Below are positions 25,158 to 38,977 of a stretch of DNA of 64,000 bases, piece after piece. A program made the translations under genes and the position numbers. The first letter of the stretch is position 1. Each line of letters opens with the position of its first letter. The notes below the pieces were generated by a model that was given only the letters and a program-made list of their open reading frames with translations, made no database searches and was not told the DNA's origin. This DNA comes from Intoshia linei (Eukaryota > Animalia > Orthonectida). Location: the NCBI GenBank assembly GCA_001642005.1, contig LWCA01000051.1, forward strand, positions 1-64,000. The letters are read 5' to 3'.

Positions 25158-26089
25158 CTGATGTATACTGTTAATCCGATTTTTTTGAAATTGCAAGATG
25201 AATATTTAGATTTTTAATTTTATAAATTTTTATTTAATTGGAAATAGCTGTATTACTAGTGATTATTATTTTTATTATATTAGTTGATTTTAAAATTTTA
25301 ACACTTTTATATTTTAAAAATAAGGTAATTTAGTTAATTAAGGTTAATTAAGGTAATTAGAATTATGTGACTACTTTTTTAATTATTAATGTTTTTAATG
25401 TTTGCATAATAACTTGGAACGCAGTGATAAACAATAAGAAAGGTGTAATGATCTGCTCATGTTTATCAATGTGTATACATTTTGTAAGTCAGAAAAAAGT
25501 ATACACTCTTTCTTGCAATATGAAGCAATATGCCAATGTAATATTCCGCAAATAATTTAATGCAAAATGAGCGCTTCATGATCAAAAAAAATTGGAAACG
25601 TTGCAGCTGCAGCGCGCTGGATAGAAATTTAGATAGAGGAACCAAAATATAGTGCTCACTGCTATCTGACCATCTCATGAAAATTGAAAATTCCTCCCTG
25701 TTGAGGAATTCCCCGGTTAAGAATCGCTGAAGTAATAAATTCAAAAATATTACCTCAAAGTTGATCAAGTTTTTTTAAAAACTAATATTTGAATATATCT
25801 TATATTTTAAATACATTTGTACAGTAAACAAGAGGTTGACAAGCATCATCAAAAACAGTTTAAATTACAAAAATGACAAATAAAATTATTGTACAACATG
25901 TTCACTGTTAATGTATTACATTAATTATAATTGATTCATATGAAATTTGATTACTTGTACTAATTTTTTAAAATTTTCCATTTTAAAAAAGCTTTTAGGT
26001 CCTTCAATATACATTTCAAATATCGGAACCTTGAATGCCTTGGCGCCTTTGGACTGTTTACATTAACAAAACTGATTGTAAATAGTGTG

Positions 26090-26590
26090 TATGCGTGCGT
26101 CTATATTCTTTGATGATTTTGTAGATGTAAAAGTAAAATGTTCGATTAAGTAGTTCGTTAATGGAAACTGACATAATTGTCTGTTTATAGTTGAAGTTTC
26201 TTGTAAAACTACCGACAGAAATTATAGAAATGTCAAATGACCAATTGTTCGTGTTTTTGAAGTTGGGCATTAAATAAATTATCCACATTAGACGATTAGA
26301 CGAATATATAATTCCGTCACTAAAAATGAAATTGATCCTCCAAATTAAAGACTAATTTCACAACGGGAGCGGATTAATCCGTGTATATTGATTTTACGGA
26401 TTGAGTAGAAATTCTGAAAAGCAAATCTGATACTCTGTCACCAACTGTGATAGAAAAACGAACGTAATGAACAAAATGAGCAAAATAACAGAAATTGTAA
26501 ACCGGGGAGCATTATGGAACCGGATAACGTGTCAAATATTGCTAAATCCAAAACCTACAACTGAGGCTGATTATGAATCCCAAAGGTGAT
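26090..26590 (+). pseudogene. Decayed reading frame, possibly a LINE ORF1-like relic
   Basis: One frame runs about 150 codons with only scattered stops: ETDIIVCL*LKF...SNDQLFVFLKLGIK*IIHIRRLDEY...KLILQIKD*...LIRVY*FYGLSRNSEKQ. It loosely resembles CR1/L2-type ORF1 C-termini. Confidence 0.3.
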
Positions 26591-27437
26591 TGAATAAATA
26601 AACATTTCACATTAATCTATTTCAGTATCCATTTAGCATCTTACTGCAATGAAAGCAATTGTTTAAATTATGTAAATAAATTATTATAATTAAACATGAC
26701 TAAGTTTGATTGGTTCAATGAGTAAGTTCAATAAATGTGTTTTGACAGTCGCATTGAAATGTAGGCCACTGCTCGAGAAATTATATTTTGAAGCAGTAGC
26801 TATTGTGCTCAGTGACTAAATAAATTGAGTTTTGACATTGATGTATTGGTTTTGATTGTAACAGAATGATTAATGAGTTTTTGACACGCCCACTGAACAT
26901 TTAGCTATTTGGATTGCGTCGTAGTAAAACAACTTGGTATCTGTTGATCTATTAGGCGTGGTTCCAGACAGTATGACTAGAAAGTATTTGAAATTTAATC
27001 GATTTAACAGGATAATTTGCAACAATTTACGTCAAGCCAAATAATTGTGAATTATTTACGAATTGGACTGCATACAATTGAAAATTTGTAATTAGTCAGA
27101 TATATCTATTATATGTGATTTTCATTTTATCCTCTTATCATCATGCTGAGCAAAAAACATTTTGTCAAATTTGACGTCGATAGTGAATAAAATTTGACGT
27201 TTTCAATTTTTTTTTGACACACTCAAATATATTGCCCGATTTGGACAAATATCAACACTTTGCTTGCATATTGACTATAATTGACGTGCTCATTGATACG
27301 TTGGTTCATCCTATTTATAGTAATACTAATATTTTAATTTATATCATATATACGTCCATTATAATCATTAATAGGCAAATCAATTACTGTTTAAATTGTC
27401 AGCGTCAATCGCGAAAAGTGATCTTAAGCAATCATTC

Positions 27438-30400
27438 ATGAATCACCCTAATCCAGATTTTCAGACAACTAATTCATCAACTGTCGTGGGTCGTGGGGAT
27501 TACTACGTACAAAACAATCACCATAATCCAGAGTCCAATATAAATGGAAATAAGGTAAATTAGTATTTAGTGGGTGTTTCGTTTCTAACAATCTTTTTAG
27601 TATCAGTCTAGTTCGTTGGATGGTCAACAAAAGCCAGATACAAAGTTTGACCATCAATCTCCGTTTTCGCATATAAATATAAACCAACCCGAGACTTCTA
27701 AAGAAGGTAACTATTTTGGTATTGACAAGAAAACGGTAAACCATTGTATATTTAGGCATGCAAAATTACAATCTCATAAATTTCATGAAAAAAGGAGCAT
27801 CCAAAAATCCAGATTTGCCAGTCTCGGACCCACCAAAATCTGAACATTGTGAATACCAAAATATAAATAATTTCTCAATAGAGGCTGATAATGAAAAATT
27901 TTCCAAAAATAATGAAAACAATGCACAACAAAAACGAAACAAGGAACAAGTATACGGGTAATTAATTTGAAACACATGAAACAAATTTTTATCGTATTTC
28001 AATACTTAAGTTTAAACACATACATTTTTAATCATATCAAAAAAATTTTCCATTTTTTTTCAATTTTTCTTCAATTTTTTAAATATTTTTAATTACATTT
28101 GACATGATATATTGCTGTATCAAATTACATTTTAAATTAAAATTTCTCCGTGTCGTTTTTGTTTGTCAATTGTGATATATTGTATGTGATAGACACGTTC
28201 TTTTTCCGTTGCTGGCTCTAATCTTTGAGAAATGCGAATTGGCAACATGCACATCGCGGGAAAGTGGATCTGCCAATATGGACGTTTGCTCCTCTGCATC
28301 GTTTAATGAGGATATAATTGCATTTTCAAAGCAGGTAATTATTCAATTTTGATATGGTGGGAAAATTCCAAAACAAAATTTCACGCGTTTTTATGGAGGT
28401 TTTGTTAATGCTAGCCAAATTTTTTCAGATTTTTTAGTTTTACTGAGTTTTATTGACAGTTTTAGTGTCACCGGCGTGAGAATTCTCTCTTTATATACAT
28501 GCGCAATAAAACGGTTAATCATAAAACATTACGATAAACACTATTGTTCAATTGAGACTTTAATATACTACTTTTTTGGCAATTCATAAAAATTTTGACA
28601 AATCTTTTCTTTTGTTGTCAAATTGGAATTTAGTTTTATATATTGCTCTTTTATTCATTTTATCCCTTAAACCCTTTTAATGTAATTGTTTTATTGTACT
28701 TATTTATACATTTTAATTTTAGAATTCCTCAAACTCTGTTTATCAAAGTAATAACCCGGATCTTGACAGCTTGGTAATTAATCTAATGAGCCATTTTATG
28801 TTTATTTAGATGACACAGGCTATCCAAGTTTTGCGATTTCACCTTCTAGAAATTGAAAAGGTTTTTTATTTGTCTTAATTAATACGTTTATAATGGTATT
28901 TTTAAAGTATTAACAAAATTAATATCATTTAATTTAAATTTAAGATAACCCTTTCTGTCTTTGAGTGGACCTCAAACAGAATTTAATTGAAAAAAACTTT
29001 AAAACAACCTTAACATTTGAATACAAACTAATACCCTAAAAATTAATATAACAATTGAAAAATGCACTTGAAAGGTATTTTGAAAGTAGTCATATAATAG
29101 ACTCTAAAATTTAAAAACGCACATTACGTTTATTAAAATGTATGCATGTTTTTTTGAATTTATTTGACTCTATTCATTTCAGAAGGACAACTAGTCACAA
29201 TATCTAATGAGGCATTGTAATTTTTAATTACACAACATTTTTTAAAAAATATAAAAATATAAAATAACTATTAATATATTGTAAAAAGTACATTACTATG
29301 ATTGACAGTTATTGTGCATTTATATTTGGAACGTTTTGATCCTACTATTTAGGTTCACGAATTGTGCGACAATTTCTGTCAAAGATATATCAATTGTTTA
29401 AAAGGAAAAATGCCTCTAGATTTGGTTATCGACGATCCCAATTCAGGAAAAGATTATAATATTCAATGTTTACGATCAAGTTCAGGAAACTCGCAACATT
29501 CAGATTATAAAAATGATGAACCAAAAAATAAACGATCCAAGTTCAACGATGATGCTAAAAATAGTAAATACTTTGGTAATTGTTTATATAAGTATACTTC
29601 GGTTGAAACGATGTATAGATTCCGTATATACCATTTGAGTTAACTCTTATTTTAGAAATTATTTTCTGAAATTTTTATTTAATGACAGGGGAGGACCAAG
29701 GCATTCATTTTTCATATTATAATTATTTTTTCACCCAATGGCTCAGATTTTTTGGTCAAAAGCTATTTATGCAAATGGACAGATTAAAAAACCCGTAGTC
29801 ACCGTTATATGTCTGAATTTAGTTTTTCAATCACATTCGTCATGTTTGTAATTGCAAGACACAATTCAGAAATTTTTGTAGAGAGTATAGTCTTGTACAG
29901 CGTGTAATACACAAATTCTCGTGTAATGAGCTAACATATATTCTGACAAACCTACAATGAAAATAGTGTAGGATAATACTGCCTTTATTAGTACGCTTGT
30001 GATAGTAAATTGTAAGAATTCATGAATATTTCAATTCATATGTATAATCTACATTGAATCCCAAAGTGGGTTCTTAATTTTTAAATCTACCGCCGGGCGG
30101 TTTAAAATTTACCATTTTTTAATTTATCAGCCTCGTTAAAATAAACCGAAATATTATTTTCACAGTACAATATTCTTTTCTGCATCGCCAACACTCAATA
30201 CCGTCAAAAATATTAATTCTCTTCATTGCCACTATAGAGAGGGACTACTGTATTAACAATTTACATTTCTTAATAAATAATATCGTTATTTATTACAATT
30301 TGAAGCATTTACCAGATTTATAAGAACCGTAAGAACCGTAAACTAGTGATTGTGCCGGGAAAAAAACCGGCACAGAATTCCCGGGATTTCTCGAAAAAAA

Positions 30401-33400
30401 TTGAGACATATCTGTATTTAATTTATGTTTGTTATTACTATGAAAATCTGATTATATTATAATATTTAAAATTTACCATTTCAAAAATCTTACCATTAAT
30501 AAAATTTAATTAAAAATACCATTTCAAGCCCTCATGGAATTTAAAAAAATCATGAAAAAAATATAATTTTCCAGCTCTTAATGGAAAAATATCCTTTTTC
30601 CAATACTTTTTTTAAAATCCTCTTAGTGCAACCACAAATTACTAACGTTTAAGGGAATTATCCTCTTTTTCCAATACTATTTTAAAAAATGTTACATTTT
30701 TTTTCAATTATCACTGTAAAATAAGAAACGAAATTTTTTAATTGAGTTCGGATTGGTAACATTTGGGAACCACTGATGTAGATGGAAAAAAAGAATAGAA
30801 TATTTTTTTATTAATTTCTAGTGGTCAAATTTAAAAGTAACAGTAGAATCTGCACGAGCAAAGCCGTTTTAAGGCATTGGCAATATGGGCTGTAGCCCAG
30901 GGCCCATCATTAAAAAGAGACCCCCAATTTATTAAAAAATAATTCACATTTATATCTTAAGAATCAGTTTATAAGTTTTGAAGTGTGGGAATTCAAATAG
31001 CTAGAAATAAAATACGTTAAAGAATCAAAGTTCTGGTAATTATTCAATTTAAAATATATTCTACAATGTTCATCATATTATATTGACATAAAAACTGTTT
31101 CAAATGATAATATTGAACATTAAAACCTTTCTATTAAAGTGAATATTCAAAAAAGAAAGTAGGAAATTAACAAAAAAACTATTTCAAATGAGGATTACAA
31201 CCTTTCTAAAATGTAAATATTCCAAAAAGAAAGTAGTATTCAAATGAAAAAGTAAACTTTGTTCATTAATTAATGTAAGTCGGTTTTTGTAAAAGGAATA
31301 AAAGTTACTAGAAACCTACATAATATCTTTTAACGCTTATATTAATACTCAATGAAATAAGATTCTAAGTCTCCAACCACCAATATGCCCTGTCTTCTAA
31401 ACAGGGGTCCTAACTTTTTTATCGCTTCGCTCAAAATTATAAAGGGCCCGGCCCTTTGCTTAGCCCAGGGCCCCGAAGTGGCTTAAGACGGCTCTGTGCA
31501 CGAGAACACTTTTTCCAACTCTACCAGCATTTCCCGTCAAAAATTTTTATTATGCATTCATGATCGTTAGTAAGTTTGTCTTTACTAACTATCCGTAAAT
31601 TATTACCAGTAATCTATGTGGTTTGTATATGTATTAACCTTTAGACAAGGACACTGTCCAATGACGAATTGATATGCAATCCATACAGATACATAGTATC
31701 ATAATGCCATTTCATAACGTTTATTATTTACAATTCCAACTATTATTTTAAATTCTTAGAAAATAAACGGTTAATTAAACAATGTATAACCATTCCATTT
31801 TTAAAAAAACATTACATGCATATGGGCTTACAATTTTCATTTGGTCCGGGCCTACTGCTGCTGCTACACGGCTCTGCCATCTATGGACTATTGTTTTTTG
31901 TATTATTTTATATTATTCTATTTACATATTACTCCTCTCTTAACAACTAAAGTTAAAGATGAATGAAGGACTTATTTTTATTTCTATTTTAAGTGTTTTT
32001 ATACCTTATATGGTGCGCACAGTCAAAAATATTTTTAAATTGAAATTGAAATTATATTGTAGATTGTAAATGATTAAGGTGATTTACGGTTAGGGGTAAT
32101 AATTCATGATTCATGAAAAATAAAAAATAGTTAAAATAGTCACACTAGAATTCTGTAACACAATCCAAAGTTCGTGTCCAGGCGTGCTGAATCGTGGTTG
32201 GTGTCGTATTGAGGAACGCAAAAAGTAAAAAAAAAAAAAAAAGTCATAAAAAGGATGAAAATGAGTGATTTTCTATTTGATTATAATTTTAAATGTTTAT
32301 TAAAAATACATTAATCTATCACAATTTATAATAATTACTAATTACGTGAGCCATAATTTTCATTTGACATTGAGATATTGTCAATTCTTCACATTCTTTG
32401 GTACTTCAGGTCAGTTTAGGAACGATTCATACTGTAACAAGAACAATTAGGTAAGATTAAGAATGTTGGGTTTACAAAAATTTTAATTTAATTTTACATC
32501 ATGACGATTTAAGTGAATATCTACGAAATTTGAAAAAAATGATCAATTACACCAGGTGGTTACCTCTCCGCCGTTTCTTTGATAAAATAAATTTATTTGT
32601 AATAATTACGATTCCATACATATCATATATTGTTTTTTGTATGAAAATTCCTTTTTTAAAGGAAATCCTTTTTTTACATTAAAATTTTCCGTTAATTAGT
32701 ATGTATACTTTAAGGCTTAAATGGTATCAAATACACTTGAAGCAATTAATAATGTTTTCATTGAATAATTTATTAATTAAAATATTATAAAATTTTAAAA
32801 TTAGATAAATTGGACAGTAAATTAAATTCAAATGGAAACTTTATGGGATTATCTAGTATTAAACATGGATCAAAACTTAATGTAAATTGTATTTTATATT
32901 TACGATAATTTTCATTATTTCCATATTTGTGCCACTAAAAATAAGACTCAACAACAGCTGATCAAAAATGTATTTATTGACGTTTAAAAGAGTAAGCTGT
33001 TGTCGAGGGTCATATTTGACAGTCGGGAGACATTGTTTGGAATAAAGTGAACATTCGCTTTAATATTAATTTCAATTTCGTGCATTATTGATATATTGAT
33101 TTTACATTTAAAAATACATTTAGAAGGAATTGAAGAAAAAGCCAGAGTCTAAACGTTCCCTCGACAGTAAGTTTTAGATTATTTATACATTTTATTGTTT
33201 TATTGAGTTTTATGGAATTTTATCGTGTTTTATGATCCAATGTGAGAACTTTTAGATGGTATCTCTGCATTCAACACACTTTAGTAATCAAGTTTTGTTT
33301 TGCTCATCAAGTTCTTAATGTCATGTCAAGAATATGACTGATTTGCATTAATTAATTAAAGATAACATCAATTCATTAGACTAAATTAAATGATATGTAT

Positions 33401-36400
33401 CATTGTTGTGTATTATCGTATATGTACATGGAAATCCATTTATTGAGATTTATTTAATTTGCGTATCAAGTTACACACGCCATTATCATTTTTCGATTAA
33501 TTGAGCCCTCAAGATAATTTCAAATACTGGCTAATCCCGATTTAAAATAAATAAATATACATGTGACCTCTTTACATAAAATTAAAATAACATTTATTTT
33601 TCAAAATCAAATTGTATGACACCTTAATAAGTTTCCCGCTGTTTCAACAACTACGTCAGCAATTGCTTCTTTCAAGGGTCGTTAATCGGTCAATTGACTG
33701 TTCATGTAAATATTGTCTTTATAAGTATTTTATCAAAGCCAATCTATATTCTTATTTTTTAATCAGTTTAGAATGTAATTACGGTTTATATACAAGGGTG
33801 GGCCAAGATGTTTATACTAGTTTCAATTTTTTAACCAGTAAATTAAAAAAGAGTCAATTTCAAAGTTATTCCATCTTTTTAAACTCTTTGTGTAAAAATT
33901 GGAAAAACCTTTTTTGTGTATTTCGTCGATGGGTCACATCAAAAAACAATTTTTATAATCTTTGTATTCAATTTATCATAAACACTACCAATTTCACTTA
34001 TTGAAACTTGCTATATGCTATTTATACTATTAGTAGATGAAGATTCTTCTGAAGACAGCACTTCACCTCGTCAACAAAAAAAACGGGGAATTTTCCCTAA
34101 AGCCGCAACAAATATATTGAGAGCTTGGCTTTTTCAACATCTTTCAGTAATTTTATTTAAAATTACATTTTTATTATTTTTTAGCATCCATATCCGTCTG
34201 AAGATCAAAAAAAACAATTAGCATCTGATACAGGACTCACAATACTGCAAGTAAACAATTGGTATTTTTATTTTTATTTATTACTAATTTACGATCATAA
34301 AACTTAAAAATTTAATTTATTAATCTCTTGGTTTAATCAATAATGCTTAATCAATAATTACAGTAATGATAATAATTTCAACAATTTCAGTTATAATAAA
34401 TTGAGTAAATTCAATAAACAGAAATTGGACATGTAAAAGTTTATTAGTTTTCTAAATTTAAAACCATATTGTTTACAATTATAAACAGTTTTTCTTTTTA
34501 TTTTGTTTACTATATAATTATAACAGTTGATGCGTTGACAAATTCATTTCACGCTATATATTACCATTTTATTGTTTATACAAAATTTTTGCTAAATGAG
34601 ATCATGCGGTATTAACGTTTTATAAGATTTAACTTGTTTAATTATAATTATAATTAATTAATCCAATTTGATAGCACTTTTTTTGATTTTTAAAAATTTT
34701 TAATTTATATTAAATTGAATTTAATAATGATAATTTCTATCCTTACTTTTTTAAAGTAATTACATATGTATTGCTAAAAATGTGTGTGTATAACCATTTG
34801 ATTGACCACCAATTGAAAAAACTGACAGTCCCAGAATTTCAAAAAAAAAAATTCTGAGTCAGTTTCTTCTTCCTGTCTAATTATTCTACCTGTAGTGAAA
34901 TCGACATAGAAGATGACATTATATCTAGAATGTATTAATAAACTAGAAAAATTCTTTATTTTTGATAACTTGAATGGCTTAATCGCATTACAAACCGTGA
35001 AATAAACTATATTAAAAAAAAGACCCAAAACAATATGTGATTTTTATAAAAAAATAAATTAATTAATAATTAATTTGTTTGTTCGTTAACTTTTTTTATC
35101 GAACAAGAAATTTTCATAAAAGTTGCTGTTCGTTAAATTGAGGTTTGACTGTAATAGTTTGCAAATAAAAAAAATAAACAGTATAATACTTTTTTAAAGT
35201 GAAATAATTAATTAAGAAGAATTTTTTTTCTCTATGCTGACTGGAAAAGCTGTATTAAATTTAAATCTAATTAATCTTAAAATTCCAGAAATTAAAATTT
35301 TTATTTTTTTCAATTTTCAAAATGTGTCTTCTGTATGTTTGAACATGCAAATTACACATAATAATAATAAATTGTATAAGACTGCATCAGACTTGAAGAA
35401 CTGTATTAGAATTAGTGTTGTATTAAATTAATAGACGATATTATGGCGTAGTTGGTTATTTATTTTTTAAAAAAGGTGTGATTCCGTTTTTAGCCGTTAA
35501 GATGCCAATTTCTGAAAATGACATTTATCTCAATTTCTACGCCGGAAACGACTGACTTTAAATTTCATAAATTTTTGGGACTGTCAGTTTCTAAATAAAT
35601 GGTTCTACAAAGGCAGACACATATTTGGCAATTTGAGTTTATATACAGAAGTAATAACTTTTTAATTTTTATAATTTATGCAATCTTGCATAAATTGATA
35701 CATTTTGCATTTGACTGCCTTGGATTATCATCATTATCATGTGGGAATAATATTATGAATGCATTATTAATATTCAAGTCTTTAATCTTTAAAAAAAATT
35801 GTACATTTAATTAAAACTGAAAAATGATACATTTCGTTTGTTATTGAAAAATAAAATTATTAATTAAATAAAACAGACATTAGCTCATATCGATAATATA
35901 TAATATCAAATTTCCATAAATTTATCAAACATCTTATTTTTTCACATATTCAATTCAATTGCAGGGTTAATGATGTTTTTAATGTTCCAATGTGAGCATC
36001 ACTATTAATGGACTACTGTAGTTTATAATGTTTTATAAAATATCAGAAATAATCCATAATTATATACCAAAATATCATGTGAACCCGCGTTTCCCAACTT
36101 TTAGTTTCTTGCTACCTGATTAAAGTGTAATATTTTTGACTGAGCCGTAAAGAGCTGTGAACAAGTAAATAAAACGTAAACAATGATAACAAGCATATTT
36201 CAATAAAGGTAATTTGATGGGACCTAAAATTTTTTTTTAATTTTACACAATATACAAATTAAAATATTTTAGGGGCCATTTGTCACGCCAGGGGGCGACG
36301 CCCTGTACCCACCTAGACCCGCTATTGACTCATGAATCTATGAAAGATGTATACAAAATTTAAAGGGATTGTGGTTATTTGAAAATTTTACTTTTAATCT

Positions 36401-38846
36401 CTGAAATGTAATATTTTGAGTTTAGTATGTTTTATTAAATTTCCTCACAAACAATAAAACAATATAAATTGTAATTAAAAACATGTACAACATAGATTAA
36501 TTGATTGTGATCCAAACATTATTGTATACATTCATACGATATATTATTATCAATCTTAATTGTATACCTGCGACACAAATCAATAATGCGCAATTATAAT
36601 TTAATATTTACATTACATGTATGTATTTGGACTACAAAAGTTAAAAAAATTTTTAGTGTTTCTTAAAATTTTTACTTCAGGGTGCTGATGTGAAATACTT
36701 AAAAAAAATACATTAAGAAAAAAATACATTGATATTCGAAAATGTGCAAAAATTTAAAACTATATATAATTTAAATTAAGCCAAAATGACAACCCTATGA
36801 ATGCAAAATTATTTTTGGTTTCAAATTTAAATTGTCTGTGTGTTTTTAATTTAAAAAAAAAATGTATAATTTGTGGTAAGATTTACGATATTAATGATTT
36901 TAAAAACTGTCGCAGAATTTACCCTTTCGTGTTATCCCGTTTATTAAACCAAATATTATAAATGTATGACTCTTTTCGTTCTCGTAAGGAATGGTAACTT
37001 TATATTGATACATACGTTAAATAGTGAAAACAGTTTACCAATTTTTTTTCATATCTAAGTCATCCTGTTAATTAATATCTCGTCAATACAATTAAATTTC
37101 GTCAATAGAGATTTGATATCAGTGTTTCCAAACCTTTTTTACTAAATTATAGTACTTATTTTGATATTACCCACAATATTTTTTTTTAACTGCAAATTGT
37201 ATTGTCGGGTTTTAAAATAAGAACCATACAATTTTATAAAAATCTGATTGTACAAAATAGAAAAATAAAATCATTTCTGAATTTTATAGGCTGATATTAT
37301 TTAAAAAAACGGGAAATTGTGTTTTTGACCCTGAAAAACTCATGGTATGAAAATTAAATTGCAAAAAAACATCACTAGCAAAACTGTATTAGAAATTTGA
37401 TTTTTTTAAATTCTAGAACGGTAATTTTTTAACTGCAACAGACACATTTAATTTTATGTGTAAAGAAGACACATTGTGGCTCTTTTTCTTTTTTTTCATG
37501 AACAATTATATTGTACACTGTGCATGCGACGCAAAAAAATTCCGCTATTATCCATGAAAAATATCAAACTACCCACAGGTTGGGAATCACTGACTAACAT
37601 TAGACTCTAGATCAGTGTTTCCCAACCTTTTAAGTATCATGCCCCACTTTTATCCTTACGAAATTTCTACCCTCCACCATAATTTATAGCAAATATTTCC
37701 ATGTAGTGTCCTAACAGATTTTTTTTATGTTTATATATTACTGCGCAAAAAACTGGAGTAAAATTAAAATACCTAAATATAACATACAATAAACCGAATT
37801 AATTTGTGATTTTTGAGTTTGGTGTAAACATTTTTAGTCTATCAAAAATATGCGAATTTACCAAAGTTTAGTTTATCTTGTTCAAAAATTATCATTGCTG
37901 TAACTTTACCTGGTAAAATTTACCACTGTGTTTCAATAGTAGTTATAAGTTATAATTTAATATGTGATAAACGTGATGTGGTCAATGATCACTGATCATC
38001 ATTGTAATCAAAAACGCATGTAAAAATACCTCTAAAAATATATATAAATTTTAATAAAAATTGAGCTTATCAATGAATTTGTAACAATAGAAAATCATTG
38101 ATAACTAATCAATTATTTTGTTTTCTAAAATTTTTAAAACCCAACCAAATATTTACAAGCTCCACTCAAATTTTCTAAGCTCCACGTTGGGAATCACTGC
38201 TCTAGATAGAAAAACCATATAATAAAAAAATACATTTTTCAACACATTAGTATATTGGTTTTTAATGAGATCTTGTTATATTCTTAGCGGCGCACCGGTT
38301 AAGAATTACTGGAATAGACAGTGAATTTTTGATAACCGAACTTATATAAATTTCAGTTCCAATTTAAAATAATTTATTTTTTACGTTAAATTTTAGGTTC
38401 ATTAATGCACGTCGAAGAATCGTACAACCAATGATAGACCAGTCGAATCGAGCAGGTAAAATTAAAATTTTGTCAATTAAAAAAAATTAAACCCTAGGAC
38501 CAATAAATCTATACCATCCAGACATTTCAGCTTCTACAATACCACCTTACATGGATCATAGTCAATTCATGCCTCGTTCAAGTATTGTGAATATTAATAT
38601 AATCTAATTAAACATTTAGATATAACTAACTTAAACTCCAAAGATATCTTCATGTCTAGATCTCCGTTTTCAATTCCAAATCCAAACTATTATAACATGC
38701 CGACGCTACCACCTTTTCGTCAACCGATAAATACAGGGCCAATGATGCTACCAAGCCCAACGGCTCACATGTTACCTTTTAATCCAAGCTATCCACACTC
38801 ACTGCCAACTCCACCACAACACAACACCAACAAATTTGATTTTTAA
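27438..38846 (+). CDS. Meis: TALE-class homeobox transcription factor Meis/homothorax, multi-exon with large TE-filled introns
   Basis: MEIS domain KRNKEQVYG|[20 protein letters not shown]...[12 protein letters not shown]; [17 protein letters not shown]|[27 protein letters not shown]. Homeodomain [23 protein letters not shown]|[26 protein letters not shown]|[19 protein letters not shown]. Pro-rich tail. The ATG at 27438 is inferred. Confidence 0.95.
30344..30700 (+). mobile_element. Partial copy (left end) of the 19296-20055 hAT element
   Basis: Starts TAGTGATTGTGCC and shares AAATTGAGACATA.CTGTATTT.ATTTATGTTTGTTATTAC and following sequence with 19296-19670. Confidence 0.8.
30859..31496. mobile_element. 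hAT-type MITE, copy 2 (inverted relative to 24462-25157), in a Meis intron
   Basis: Same TIRs. Perfect 8-bp TSD TGCACGAG at 30851-30858 and 31497-31504. Internal sequence is a diverged reverse complement of copy 1. Confidence 0.9.
37120..37592. mobile_element. hAT/Charlie-like MITE in a Meis intron
   Basis: TIRs CAGTGTTTCCAAACC / GGTTGGGAATCACTG. No TSD recognisable. Confidence 0.6.
37613..38199. mobile_element. hAT/Charlie-like MITE in a Meis intron
   Basis: TIRs CAGTGTTTCCCAAC / GTTGGGAATCACTG. Perfect TSD CTCTAGAT at 37605-37612 and 38200-38207. Confidence 0.9.
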
Positions 38847-38977
38847 CCAAACCATTTTAATAAATCTTAAACCATATAAAAATTTTCCAATTTATTCAAA
38901 AAATCAATTAATACAATCTTACAAGGTAAATTTTAATTTTGAATTGGTGATTATTGAGATTTAAAATGGTGGGAATA

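Noticed and set aside
33612-34004. 130-aa ORF before the Meis homeodomain exon
   Set aside because: Non-ATG start, composition typical of AT-rich intron, and it ends before the splice acceptor.
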